Shown here piece after piece: positions 1 to 8,909 of a stretch of 64,000 bases of DNA. Source of the DNA: a virus (taxonomy: Duplodnaviria; Caudoviricetes). Position numbers and translations under genes: made by a program. The stretch is taken from positions 1 to 64,000 of IMG/VR virus record IMGVR_UViG_3300037483_000925. One strand, given 5' to 3'. The notes beneath the pieces are model-generated. The model searched no databases. It saw nothing but the letters and a program-made list of their open reading frames with translations, and was not told where the DNA came from. How positions within the stretch are numbered: the stretch's first letter is position 1; each line of letters starts with the position of its first letter.

Positions 1-131
1 AGCGTTATGCGCCAAAGTCCGCCCCTGGTCTATCTGCTCCCTGCGCCGGGGCCAAGGGACCGGGCGGTAGGGGCCGGACCATATCTGCCAGCAGTGCCAT
101 AGAAAGGTGGTCATATATCTATCTCCGAGCC

Positions 132-377
132 TTACAAAGCCGTTTCCGGGTTATAAAATAATATGTAACGCGGCCTTCCATTTTCCCAACGAATCAGGAC
201 AGACCAAAATATCCCCTCTTGACTCCGGCCAGCAGAATGAATCAGCGTATGATCTTTACGAAAATCATAGACACCAGACGTGATTTTCAGCCCCGTAATC
301 TGCGCCAAAGCCGCCAGTCCCTCGGCTCCCATTGAAACGATGAAAAGCAGGAGAAAGGAAATGGCGGCTCGGAGCAC
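132..377 (-). CDS. hypothetical protein with N-terminal hydrophobic segment
   Basis: 81-aa ORF, GTG start just after the upstream stop, N-terminal AAISFLLLFIVS. Confidence 0.4.
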   Translation of the reverse strand: MLRAAISFLLLFIVSMGAEGLAALAQITGLKITSGVYDFRKDHTLIHSAGRSQEGIFWSVLIRWENGRPRYILFYNPETAL

Positions 378-380
378 AGT

Positions 381-818
381 TTATTTCCCCTTCGCCAGCC
401 ACGCTTGAAGCGGAGCCACATTGAAGGTCGGCCTCATGGCCTTGGTCTGAAACGCCTTGGCTTGGTCACCGCTCATTAAAGCGATAAGAGCATTGATCTG
501 AGTAACCGTGGCGCAAACTCCCGCCTGGATAGCCGTCATGCCGCCCAAGGCCTCGACTGCCTGGATATAGGCCAGGGAGCCGGGCACGGCAATCGCCACG
601 GCAGCCACGATAAAAGGCTCCGCAGTGTTAACTATCGCCTGGACTTCAGGGGGAGGATTACAGACGAATTTCTGCACGTCCTGGGTAAAGCTCAGGCAGT
701 TGGCGAAGGACTCCGTAGTAGTCCCATCCACACCCACCTTCTTGCAGCACCCACCCGCCAACATCAGGGCCAGGACCAGCACCCCCGCCATCACCATTTT
801 ACAACCTGACTTTTTCAT
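381..818 (-). CDS. putative lipoprotein (lysis accessory/spanin-like)
   Basis: Basic N-terminus, hydrophobic stretch and lipobox-like LAGGC; downstream of lysis genes. Confidence 0.5.
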   Translation of the reverse strand: MKKSGCKMVMAGVLVLALMLAGGCCKKVGVDGTTTESFANCLSFTQDVQKFVCNPPPEVQAIVNTAEPFIVAAVAIAVPGSLAYIQAVEALGGMTAIQAGVCATVTQINALIALMSGDQAKAFQTKAMRPTFNVAPLQAWLAKGK

Positions 819-848
819 AAATGTCCTTTCTGGTTTTTATTTAGTTGC

Positions 849-1145
849 TTATTTTTCAGCTTCATACAAAATCATTTTTTGGGTACTTTCAATTATTAAT
901 CTCAAAGCATCTATAATAACAAACCTAAATTCCGAAGGTCGGCTATTAACAATTCTGTGATCTTCTAAAAATTTATCAATATCCTTTATGAAATCCTCCT
1001 TTAATAATTTAACTGTATTTTCTACGACCATACGCTGTTTATATACAGCATCTCTATATGCTATCTCTTCTTTTACCGGAATAAAAACATAATCTCTTTC
1101 GCCATAATTTCCTCCTGGCGGGCTATCCCAATAATTAGATGCCAT
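849..1145 (-). CDS. hypothetical protein
   Basis: AT-rich 98-aa ORF with GGAGAGGGA RBS. Confidence 0.6.
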   Translation of the reverse strand: MASNYWDSPPGGNYGERDYVFIPVKEEIAYRDAVYKQRMVVENTVKLLKEDFIKDIDKFLEDHRIVNSRPSEFRFVIIDALRLIIESTQKMILYEAEK

Positions 1146-1348
1146 ATCCCTCTCCTTTTGGCCGCTACTATCTTCCCAAAAGGATTAAGGGGCTTGCCTG
1201 TTTATTTTATTACTCCCGGTATTTATAACCCCCGCCCCGGTCAGGCGGGGATTCACGGAATTGCCCGATGCACAGGGCAGGAAGGTTTATAATTTGGATC
1301 GCCAGCCCAGAACTCGTGACAATTACATTTCAACTTAATCACCCCCTT

Positions 1349-1453
1349 TCAAAACCACTCCCCAGGACGGCGATACTTATCCTTGCTGGCGAAGTAGTAG
1401 ATTCCCCAGAAGATGAAGATCACGCCGCTGGCGATGAAGGCCCAGAAGATCAT
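1349..1453 (-). CDS. small membrane protein (34 aa)
   Basis: Read manually: MIFWAFIASGVIFIFWGIYYFASKDKYRRPGEWF, ATGA overlap with upstream ORF. Confidence 0.45.
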   Translation of the reverse strand: MIFWAFIASGVIFIFWGIYYFASKDKYRRPGEWF

Positions 1454-1593
1454 CGCCTCTCCCTGTCTATTTCTTCCTCTAATCTCCTGAGTCGGGTCAA
1501 GATTTTCCTGCCCTTCTCCTTGGGCAAACCAGCAGATAGAAGCATTATGAGGAAGATCAGACCGCCTCGAAAATTGTCTCGCTTCTTACACAT
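1450..1593 (-). CDS. small hypothetical protein (47 aa)
   Basis: Read manually: MCKKRDNFRGGLIFLIMLLSAG...; tightly packed between neighbours. Confidence 0.4.
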   Translation of the reverse strand: MCKKRDNFRGGLIFLIMLLSAGLPKEKGRKILTRLRRLEEEIDRERR

Positions 1594-1595
1594 TT

Positions 1596-1790
1596 TCAAT
1601 CCCACCAATTTCGCCAGGGGGTTTCGATAACTCCAAGCCTGACCATCTCCTCAATCTCCGGGTCGGTATCGGGAACCGAGTCAGAACCCCCTGCTGAGAT
1701 TCTGTAAAGCTCGTTTAATCTCTCCACTTCCCTGGCCGCCAACCTGCGGATGCTGTGCTTGTTCGGGCGGAGCGGGATGACGTTGGTCAT
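1596..1790 (-). CDS. hypothetical protein
   Basis: 64-aa ORF, ATGA overlap, MTNVIPLRP N-terminus typical of small phage proteins. Confidence 0.55.
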   Translation of the reverse strand: MTNVIPLRPNKHSIRRLAAREVERLNELYRISAGGSDSVPDTDPEIEEMVRLGVIETPWRNWWD

Positions 1791-1945
1791 TGCACCTTGT
1801 TTGCATCTGCGGCCTTAATGCCGATGCCGCCGATAGCCAGAAATTCGAGAAACTGAGTCCAGGAAATCGTGCCCATATAAAGCAGAACACCGCCTACGGC
1901 AATAGCCGCAACACCAATTAATGAAGTCTGCCAGCTTGAAAACAT
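1787..1945 (-). CDS. putative holin (52 aa, two hydrophobic helices)
   Basis: Read manually: MFSSWQTSLIGVAAIAVGGVLLYMGTISWTQFLEFLAIGGIGIKAADANKVQ; near the NlpC/P60 hydrolase. Confidence 0.55.
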   Translation of the reverse strand: MFSSWQTSLIGVAAIAVGGVLLYMGTISWTQFLEFLAIGGIGIKAADANKVQ

Positions 1946-1947
1946 GG

Positions 1948-2169
1948 TCAATCTCCTTTCGTTACCCTCTTCATCTGGGCAGCATGGATAATCTCATAAA
2001 ACCGATGGTCAAATTGCTTAAGGCAGGCCCCATGCCAGAAAGCGTCAGCCGCTTTTTTCAAATGGCAGGGAATCTCGCCATAATGATACGCACCATATTG
2101 GATGCAAAAAATATCCTTACCGGGATTATGAATTTCCTCACCACAAAAAACACAGTAGTCTTTAATCAT
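1948..2169 (-). CDS. hypothetical Cys/His-rich protein
   Basis: 73-aa ORF with CVFC and HGAC, possible Zn-binding. Confidence 0.5.
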   Translation of the reverse strand: MIKDYCVFCGEEIHNPGKDIFCIQYGAYHYGEIPCHLKKAADAFWHGACLKQFDHRFYEIIHAAQMKRVTKGD

Positions 2170-2578
2170 AATCCAGCCCCGGCACCAAGGCCCCTGCTGT
2201 CCAGCCCCGGTTCTCTACGGTATCAATGACCACTCCGAACTTTTCGCCTTTCGCCTCGATGGTGCGCCCATCCCCGAGCGAAGTCGCAACATGGTTACCC
2301 CGCTTCCTGCTGATTCGAAAGAGTAGGGCACCAAGGGTGTCAATGGCCTCCTGGACAGGGATGATGGTTTCATGATTACGGCAGTGGTCAAATTGGACCA
2401 CTGACCCGTGAGGGAAGCGGGGCCTCACCCCCAGCCGGTTGGCAGCCCAAGCGACGTACCCGGAGCAATCCCCTTCCTCTGGGTCTGGATCGTCGGGGTC
2501 AGGTTTTGCGCCCCATTCATAACTGTCTCCCTCCTGGGCCAGGAGAAGATCGACGTATTCCTTGGCTGTCGGCATCAC
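2162..2578 (-). CDS. NlpC/P60 family cell-wall peptidase (endolysin candidate)
   Basis: YEWGA...DCSGYV catalytic Cys motif, GALLF and NHVATSLGDGRTIEA His motif. Confidence 0.85.
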   Translation of the reverse strand: MMPTAKEYVDLLLAQEGDSYEWGAKPDPDDPDPEEGDCSGYVAWAANRLGVRPRFPHGSVVQFDHCRNHETIIPVQEAIDTLGALLFRISRKRGNHVATSLGDGRTIEAKGEKFGVVIDTVENRGWTAGALVPGLDYD

Positions 2579-2868
2579 TCATCCCCTCTCATAAGAATTA
2601 CCCTACCATTAGCGTCGTGCATATGCAGGAAGAAATCCTGGTATTCCTTCTTCCTTTGCTCATCCAAGATCATCGCCAGCCGTTCCTTCTCCTTTTCGTT
2701 CCCCTGTCTCCAGACGAGTTCGGCCTTGAGGAAATCCTGAAAATCCTTTCGCAGGCCCTTGAAATTGTACCAGGCTAACCCGACCAGCAGCACAAGCACG
2801 ATCATCAGGAAAACCCAAGTGAAACTTATGATCGGACTGACATAGCCGTAATCCATACCGGCAATCAT
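2575..2868 (-). CDS. membrane protein (holin/antiholin-like)
   Basis: One N-terminal TM helix and charged coiled C-terminus, adjacent to the hydrolase. Confidence 0.5.
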   Translation of the reverse strand: MIAGMDYGYVSPIISFTWVFLMIVLVLLVGLAWYNFKGLRKDFQDFLKAELVWRQGNEKEKERLAMILDEQRKKEYQDFFLHMHDANGRVILMRGDE

Positions 2869-3335
2869 TTATCTCCCCCTTGGACGACATCAAAGCAGGT
2901 CGTCCTAATGGTGTAAATCACCGTGCCGAGCCAGACTGGATAGGATATTGTCCCCCGGAAATGGTACTGCCCAGGAGCGCAGAACTCAGGCAACCTTTCC
3001 ACGGCGGCCCAGCGGTCGATGATACTCGACGGCGAGGCTACGGTCCTGGCAGAATAGAGGACTACTTGCCGTTCATTGGTGCTGCTGACCAATTCCCATT
3101 TTATCTTCCCCACCGCCTCCCGCTGCTTCTGCATGGCGAATCTTGCGTTCACCACTTCCCCGCAATGGTAGGTTTTCTTGTCAACCTCCATGCTCAGGCG
3201 GTTCCCGCCCTTCCAGTCGATAATGGGATAGATGAACTCGGCCATCTGCGGCATGAACTGAGTTGCCAGCAGCAGGAGACAGAGAAAGGTAAGCATCCAC
3301 TCTTTGGTAGTCTTTAATATCATCCCGGCTATCAT
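2865..3335 (-). CDS. hypothetical membrane-anchored protein
   Basis: Likely start MIAGMILK at 3335 (ATGA overlap); TM segment WMLTFLCLLLLA then a beta-rich domain. Confidence 0.6.
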   Translation of the reverse strand: MIAGMILKTTKEWMLTFLCLLLLATQFMPQMAEFIYPIIDWKGGNRLSMEVDKKTYHCGEVVNARFAMQKQREAVGKIKWELVSSTNERQVVLYSARTVASPSSIIDRWAAVERLPEFCAPGQYHFRGTISYPVWLGTVIYTIRTTCFDVVQGGDK

Positions 3336-3520
3336 TTTGAGCGACTCTCCGTTTCCAGCGCCTCCACCCTCCGGAAAAGGGCGTCCTGGGCCTCCTTCAT
3401 TGCCGCTATGGTCGCCACCAAGCCCGGGACCGCATCCAACTGTTTCTTGGCATCCTTTACCCCGAGACAAAGGAAGAACCCGATCACGCCAATCCCAATT
3501 CTGAATATCCATGATCCCAT
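3332..3520 (-). CDS. small TM plus coiled-coil protein (holin-like)
   Basis: MGSWIFRIGIGVIGFFLCLG followed by a heptad-like segment. Confidence 0.5.
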   Translation of the reverse strand: MGSWIFRIGIGVIGFFLCLGVKDAKKQLDAVPGLVATIAAMKEAQDALFRRVEALETESRSK

Positions 3521-3646
3521 CTCACTTTCAGAAAGTCCAGCAGGGGGAGGCATCGGTCTATCCCCTTCGGCGCAGGATGCAGAGAAATTTCTTCATTCAT
3601 TGTGCCTCTCTTACAATGACCCTTGCCACTGTACCAGTATATTTTC

Positions 3647-4120
3647 TCATCCCTTGATGAATTTCTCCAAAGAAACCTTCGGGTCCACAGCATCGAACTG
3701 CTCAAAGTCAATGTGTAGGCTTTCCAAGGGCAAACCATCCACAAGCTGCATCTTCAGCCCGTAGTAGTAGTACAGCACCTGCTTCACCCATCCCCAGGCC
3801 AGCATGATCTCATCCTTGACCTCCTTAGCGATGGCCGGGTCCGAGAAGATGGCCGTCAGCGTGGCTTGGGTTCCTTGGTCATAGTGGGTGTAGATATAGG
3901 CCTGGAGCCTGCGTTGAAGCTTGATAAGCAGCTCCTCCAGGGGCGGGGGCGGGGGCGGGGTAAATTTGGCCCCGTCATAAAGCCAACCCTCTTCCGGCTG
4001 GGGTTGGAGATCCGTAATATCCACCAGGATAATTTCCTTGGCGAACACGGGGGCCTCTTCCGCCTGGAATTTCCAGTGGGCTTTGGCCCCGTCCGCGCTA
4101 AGCTGGATGAATGTTTTCAT
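3647..4120 (-). CDS. tail fibre assembly/chaperone-like protein
   Basis: Follows the tail fibre gene; PQPEEGWLYDGAKFTPPPPP motif typical of fibre-assembly proteins. Confidence 0.6.
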   Translation of the reverse strand: MKTFIQLSADGAKAHWKFQAEEAPVFAKEIILVDITDLQPQPEEGWLYDGAKFTPPPPPPLEELLIKLQRRLQAYIYTHYDQGTQATLTAIFSDPAIAKEVKDEIMLAWGWVKQVLYYYYGLKMQLVDGLPLESLHIDFEQFDAVDPKVSLEKFIKG

Positions 4121-5286
4121 TATACTTTCTCCACGAGTAGGAAGCCAGGACGGCCATTAATGAGGCCGGCGGGAGCGGTGGCATCGCCACCGTGCCCATA
4201 TCCCCAAAGTCCTATGAGATTCACAGGGGGAGTTGCTGCGGCAGAAGCAGCAGCACCGCCGGATAATGAAACTAGAGCCCCTAAAGAGGTGGTTCCGCCA
4301 GCGGTTGGGGCAGACTGGGTTGTCCCCCCGGTTCCAATGGCAACGGCGTAAACAACCCCGGCAGCAGGGGCGTAAATAACCTTGACTACCTGGGAACCTT
4401 TATTGCCATACCATCCTACTTCGTCGGAATCGGCGCCCCCGCCCCCTGCACTGCCAGTGACCCGGGCCTGGGTCCAGGTCAGGGGACAGAACCAGTTATC
4501 GGCAGCGGTGTACAGATAGGCGGTCTTGCCGAAGATCAGGTCCCCGATCTCGGTCAGGTTGCTGGAGGAATTGTTCCAGATATCCCCCAGCCACCTGAAA
4601 TTGGTGGGGGGCAAGGCGATGAACCAATCCCCGGCCGCCACGGACAGGGCATCGCCGGTATAGGTGATCGTACCCCCGGTCGTGGCATCGTTGTTATTTG
4701 CTGTGACCACCCGCATCAGGCCCTTGCTGGCCCCGGTCATGAAATAGAGGATATACCCCGCCAGACTGTCAGTTTCCCAATTCCCTGCACCACCAGTCCC
4801 ATAGCCGATGCCCGTGGCCGGGACAAGGTTAGTGCCAAGGCTGATGGTCTTGGTGGCTTGGGCCTTGACCCGGAGCCAGGGTATGCTCAGTAATGTAAAA
4901 GTGGTATCGGCATCGCCAGCTATGGCAAAAACAGCGGACCATTGAGATGCCTTTTCAATGCCAAGATGATCGGCTGCGTTGTCGAAATCCATGTTAACGG
5001 CCGAGGTCACGGCCCGGTAGCGGCCATCGGAGAGGCCGCCGTCCACCCAGGTCTTGGGATTCATGATGTTCGGGATGCCGCACATCACAAGCCGGGCCGG
5101 GCAGTCCGCCGTGGCCTGAACCTGGACGGCCGTCGCATCCGCGAAGACCAGGCCCGGAGGCCCCTCCAAGTCAAGCGTCTCCTGGATGGCCCCGGGGATG
5201 GCCCCGACTTCGTCGTTGAGGATGATCTCCGGGTCCGGCGACGACAGGTACTTGTCCTCTATGGCCCCAAGATTGGCTAATGTCAT
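4120..5286 (-). CDS. tail fibre protein with Gly-rich C-terminal domain
   Basis: Position after tail-tip gene; GSAGGGGA, AIGTGGT, AGGTTSLG, GRPGFLLVE glycine-rich motifs. Confidence 0.7.
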   Translation of the reverse strand: MTLANLGAIEDKYLSSPDPEIILNDEVGAIPGAIQETLDLEGPPGLVFADATAVQVQATADCPARLVMCGIPNIMNPKTWVDGGLSDGRYRAVTSAVNMDFDNAADHLGIEKASQWSAVFAIAGDADTTFTLLSIPWLRVKAQATKTISLGTNLVPATGIGYGTGGAGNWETDSLAGYILYFMTGASKGLMRVVTANNNDATTGGTITYTGDALSVAAGDWFIALPPTNFRWLGDIWNNSSSNLTEIGDLIFGKTAYLYTAADNWFCPLTWTQARVTGSAGGGGADSDEVGWYGNKGSQVVKVIYAPAAGVVYAVAIGTGGTTQSAPTAGGTTSLGALVSLSGGAAASAAATPPVNLIGLWGYGHGGDATAPAGLINGRPGFLLVEKV

Positions 5287-5289
5287 TGG

Positions 5290-7830
5290 CTACTCCCCCA
5301 GGTACTTGACGAGCCGCATCAGGGTTTCGTACGGCGGCTCCAGGTTGATTATCTTCTGCGTCATGGCAATTATCTCCGCTGCGTCCTGATGGTAGTCATT
5401 ATAGACCTCGACCCCGTCCAGCAACTCCAGCCTGGCCCCCCTGAGCGAGGTCCGAACCGGATCGATGATCATCTGCCCCAGGGAGATGCGCTTCAATTGA
5501 AGGTCGCAAACGGTCTTGACCATGTCCCCGTCATCGGTATAGACCTCGGACTCCACGGTGAAGTCCATGTCCTCGTTGGCGTCCCCGTCCGAGGCATCGC
5601 CGGCCGTGTAGGTCAAGGCCGGGTTGCGGTCGAACCAGCCCCACTTGCCCACAACCCCGGCCTTGGCATCGGTATCGAAATCATAGGCGGGGTCCACCTG
5701 TCTCAGCTCCCCCCTGTCCAGACTGATGGCGGCCGCTGCCGGGGGCGTGCCCGTGTAGGCTATCAGTTTCAGGACCTCGCCCTGGTGATGGAAGCTGTAG
5801 AGGCAGCGCCTGGTAATCTCGGATATGGCCTGGGCGGCGGAGACGTTCTCGAACCTGACCCCTCCCAGATAGGTGGGGGTCGCGGCCTTGCAGGAGGCGA
5901 AGGTGGTGGCGTCGACGACCCCGTCAAGGCCCACAGCAGTCAGGATGTCCTCGATCTGGTCCACCCGGTGGGTCACCGTGTCATGGACCACCCGGAGCAT
6001 AACCTCGCCGTCCACCATCACCGGAGCGGGGGGCGAGGCATCGTCGACTTCCGTAAAGCTGACCACCCCGTATTCCGGATACTTGATAACCGTGGCCTTG
6101 GAATAGACTTGCTTCTTGACATAGATGGTCTTGATCTCGGTAAACGGGTAGCCCGGCACCTGGAAGGCGTTGAGCGGCGCCCAGTCCCAGAACCGGACGC
6201 TGCCCAAATCCACTGTCCAGCTCTCAGCGCTAGCCCCGCCTATCAAGCCAAAAATAATGTCCTTGAACTGTTGGCCGGTAAGATTAATGTCCGTCCAGTC
6301 GAGGACCTGGTCGCCGGATATCCAGAGGGCGACGTTGCCCGGGTTGCCGGTCTTGATCCGTAGAGACACATCCACCTTGATGTTGTCGTGGGTGGCAATG
6401 GACCAGTCGGTGACCTTCTCCGTGCCTCCCTGAGCGCACATCAACTTGCCGTTGTTGTCGGTGTCTGCGGCCCCGGCCACGAAGAACCGGACTATCTCGC
6501 TGCCCGAATTATCCCGGGCCTTGAACACCGTCACATTGTCGTCGACCGGGGCTCCGGGCATGACCGTGAACCGCCACGGGAACTGAAGGATGACCTCAGA
6601 AACGGCAGCGTTCAGGGCTCCGATACCGTAGGCCGATTGACTGGCCCCGGTGATCGCCGCCCGGGCCGAATAGGTGCCGTCCAAGGGAGTCGTGGAATTG
6701 ACCGACAGGACCCCGCCTCCGGAGGCAACCGTACTGCTAAAGGCATCCAGACGCCCCGTCTCGTAATCGATTTTCTTGATGTAATCCCCGATCCCCTTTC
6801 CCGAGACCTCCTTGGCCTCGGCCAGGATCTCGCCCCGGATCAGGGGCTGGGGATTGCCGTCGGAGTCCGGGAGCCCGATCTTGCGCTCCAGGGTCTGGGC
6901 CACAGAGTCCTTGGAGTAAACTTCGACGGAAAGGGCATCGGGGGAACCGTCCGAGGACACCCCGCAGAATAACGGACCCCACTTACGGATCTGGCCCAGG
7001 TAAAGAGTCTGGGTATCCGTGATTGTCCCGTGGCCGGGCCAGACGTACCCAAGTTCGATACGGAGCTGCTTGTTCTTCTGGAATAGGTTAGTCAGGTCCG
7101 TGGCGAATAGGAACGAGGACTTGTCCGGCGAGTACCTGCCGGCCGGAAGCCCGGCGCTACGGTGCCGATTGCCCAGGATCAAGGTATGGTCCCCGGCCAC
7201 CAGGTTGCCGCAGTCGGCCGGGGCCTCGACCGTGAGCTGGCCCCCGCTTTCCACATCCCCCCGGGGCACTGGATACTCCCCGGTCAGGAGCAGGGCTGTT
7301 ATGTAGGTCCGACTATCCCATGGATGGTTCGTAGGGGCGGCGTAGCTCTCCCACTCGTCCCCGCCTGCGGGCGTGGTATAGGCAGTGAGGTCGGTGGAGG
7401 AGCCGTCCGGCGAGGCCCAGGAGCGGTAGCCAGTCCAGGTCACCCGCCACTGGTAATACCGGTAGATTTGGACGGTGTCCCCGCTGCCCACGGCGGTCCA
7501 CGAGGCAGCTGCGATCCCTGCCGAGGTCATGGAACTGCGCCACTCCAGGGCCATGGTGTATCCGGGGCTGTTGTAGTCCCAGGAGATGACCGCCGGAGTG
7601 GGATAACGGCCCAGAGTGATCTCCTTGACCAGGGTGGTGGCCGTAGGATCGACTGCGGCTCCGTCGTCGGCCAAGAACTTGTCCGTGGCCACGTAGGAGG
7701 CATTGTTGAAGGTGGCCCCGGACTCAATGCCGTTAGCAAAATAGTAGGGAAGGAAGACGAACCAGATGACCGGGGTCGCTCCGTGGAGCAGGGCCTCTTG
7801 GGCCAGGAAGGCGGCGGAGGGGGCGGTCAT
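5290..7830 (-). CDS. tail tip/hub (central tail) protein
   Basis: 846 aa, beta-rich, synteny after tape measure and distal tail gene. Confidence 0.65.
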   Translation of the reverse strand: MTAPSAAFLAQEALLHGATPVIWFVFLPYYFANGIESGATFNNASYVATDKFLADDGAAVDPTATTLVKEITLGRYPTPAVISWDYNSPGYTMALEWRSSMTSAGIAAASWTAVGSGDTVQIYRYYQWRVTWTGYRSWASPDGSSTDLTAYTTPAGGDEWESYAAPTNHPWDSRTYITALLLTGEYPVPRGDVESGGQLTVEAPADCGNLVAGDHTLILGNRHRSAGLPAGRYSPDKSSFLFATDLTNLFQKNKQLRIELGYVWPGHGTITDTQTLYLGQIRKWGPLFCGVSSDGSPDALSVEVYSKDSVAQTLERKIGLPDSDGNPQPLIRGEILAEAKEVSGKGIGDYIKKIDYETGRLDAFSSTVASGGGVLSVNSTTPLDGTYSARAAITGASQSAYGIGALNAAVSEVILQFPWRFTVMPGAPVDDNVTVFKARDNSGSEIVRFFVAGAADTDNNGKLMCAQGGTEKVTDWSIATHDNIKVDVSLRIKTGNPGNVALWISGDQVLDWTDINLTGQQFKDIIFGLIGGASAESWTVDLGSVRFWDWAPLNAFQVPGYPFTEIKTIYVKKQVYSKATVIKYPEYGVVSFTEVDDASPPAPVMVDGEVMLRVVHDTVTHRVDQIEDILTAVGLDGVVDATTFASCKAATPTYLGGVRFENVSAAQAISEITRRCLYSFHHQGEVLKLIAYTGTPPAAAAISLDRGELRQVDPAYDFDTDAKAGVVGKWGWFDRNPALTYTAGDASDGDANEDMDFTVESEVYTDDGDMVKTVCDLQLKRISLGQMIIDPVRTSLRGARLELLDGVEVYNDYHQDAAEIIAMTQKIINLEPPYETLMRLVKYLGE

Positions 7831-8909
7831 GATTCCTCAATCTCCAGGGCGATACTCCTCTGGTACTCATCCCCGGTGAAATAGGGAATAGATTTGGAGT
7901 CGGATATGGACCTGATCAGGCCGGTGCACAGCGGCTCCGTATCGTCGGAATCCAAGTAAACGTCCACCTCGTTGCCCGACATCTTGGCTCCCATGAACGA
8001 GGCCCACTGAGAGTAAAGGACATTGGAGAAGGAGAACGAGTGCCTCTGCTTGCTGAATAAGTTATAGCTCTGACCTGAGCCGTCCAGGGTCCGGGCAAAG
8101 TCGGTGCCATCTATCAGGTCCTGCTCATTGCCAAAGTCCGGGTTCTTGGTGAACGGGGCCGTAAGCGGGGCCACGGCATAAGGGGGGCCGTTGACGTAGG
8201 ATGCTGTCCCGGAAGGCAGGTAAGACAGGGTATACAGGGAGGAGGATGAGTCCACCAGGCTGTTCTCAAAGTCCCACATGGCTGTGAACTTGCCCACGGA
8301 CCGGGGCCAGCCCCACCTGACCCTTTCCCATTCCTTGGTGACCCAGGCGGCGGTCATCAGGCTGCCGACATTGTACCGCACGAATCCCAGGTAGCCCTTG
8401 AAGTAGTTCCCGGCATCGGCCCCCCAGTTGCCCATCCACAAGGCGCTGGAGTTGCTCCAGGTGCCGGTGCGGGTGGAGACCGCCGAAGTCTTGGCCAGGG
8501 TCAGGACGCCTGTGGCGAAGCTACCTACCCACAGATTTAGATTCCCGTCCCTATCGACGGTGCCCATAAGCCATTTCCAGGCATCGGCAGTGAAGGCATT
8601 GCTGGAGGTGGCTATGGTCAGTGCAGTGGCATTGCCATCATTATACGAAAATCTGACGGTGCGGTCGCTGGGCTTCACCCCCACCCACCAGCCAGCCAGA
8701 GAACTCAGATCAAGGGCGCCCTTGCCCACGAGGAGCTTGTAAGCGGTGGTATTAGTAATAGTGGAATCCATATAGAAAATGCAGGAGAAGCTGAAGTCCC
8801 CCGTCCCCACATCCAGGGCTGCGGTGTCGGCGAGCTCCAGGTACTTCGTCTCCGGAAGGGAGATGGCCTGGGATAGCAGCGGGGTATAGACGAGCTTACC
8901 ATTAGCCAT
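7827..8909 (-). CDS. distal tail protein with LamG/concanavalin-like domain
   Basis: GTGDFSFSC, WKWLMGTVDR, YFKGYLGFVRY resemble the LamG fold; directly after tape measure. Confidence 0.7.
   Translation of the reverse strand: MANGKLVYTPLLSQAISLPETKYLELADTAALDVGTGDFSFSCIFYMDSTITNTTAYKLLVGKGALDLSSLAGWWVGVKPSDRTVRFSYNDGNATALTIATSSNAFTADAWKWLMGTVDRDGNLNLWVGSFATGVLTLAKTSAVSTRTGTWSNSSALWMGNWGADAGNYFKGYLGFVRYNVGSLMTAAWVTKEWERVRWGWPRSVGKFTAMWDFENSLVDSSSSLYTLSYLPSGTASYVNGPPYAVAPLTAPFTKNPDFGNEQDLIDGTDFARTLDGSGQSYNLFSKQRHSFSFSNVLYSQWASFMGAKMSGNEVDVYLDSDDTEPLCTGLIRSISDSKSIPYFTGDEYQRSIALEIEES

Noticed and set aside
1229-1250. Hairpin CCCCGCC/GGCGGGG as a terminator
   Set aside because: No convincing U tract on either strand; left uncalled
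5389-6363. Long plus-strand ORFs opposite structural genes (also 12804..13718, 16091..17245, 33331..34458, 39182..40960, 42491..43543) and minus-strand ones opposite replication genes
   Set aside because: Antisense shadows expected from GC3-rich coding; no motifs or RBS, and they fully overlap well-supported genes
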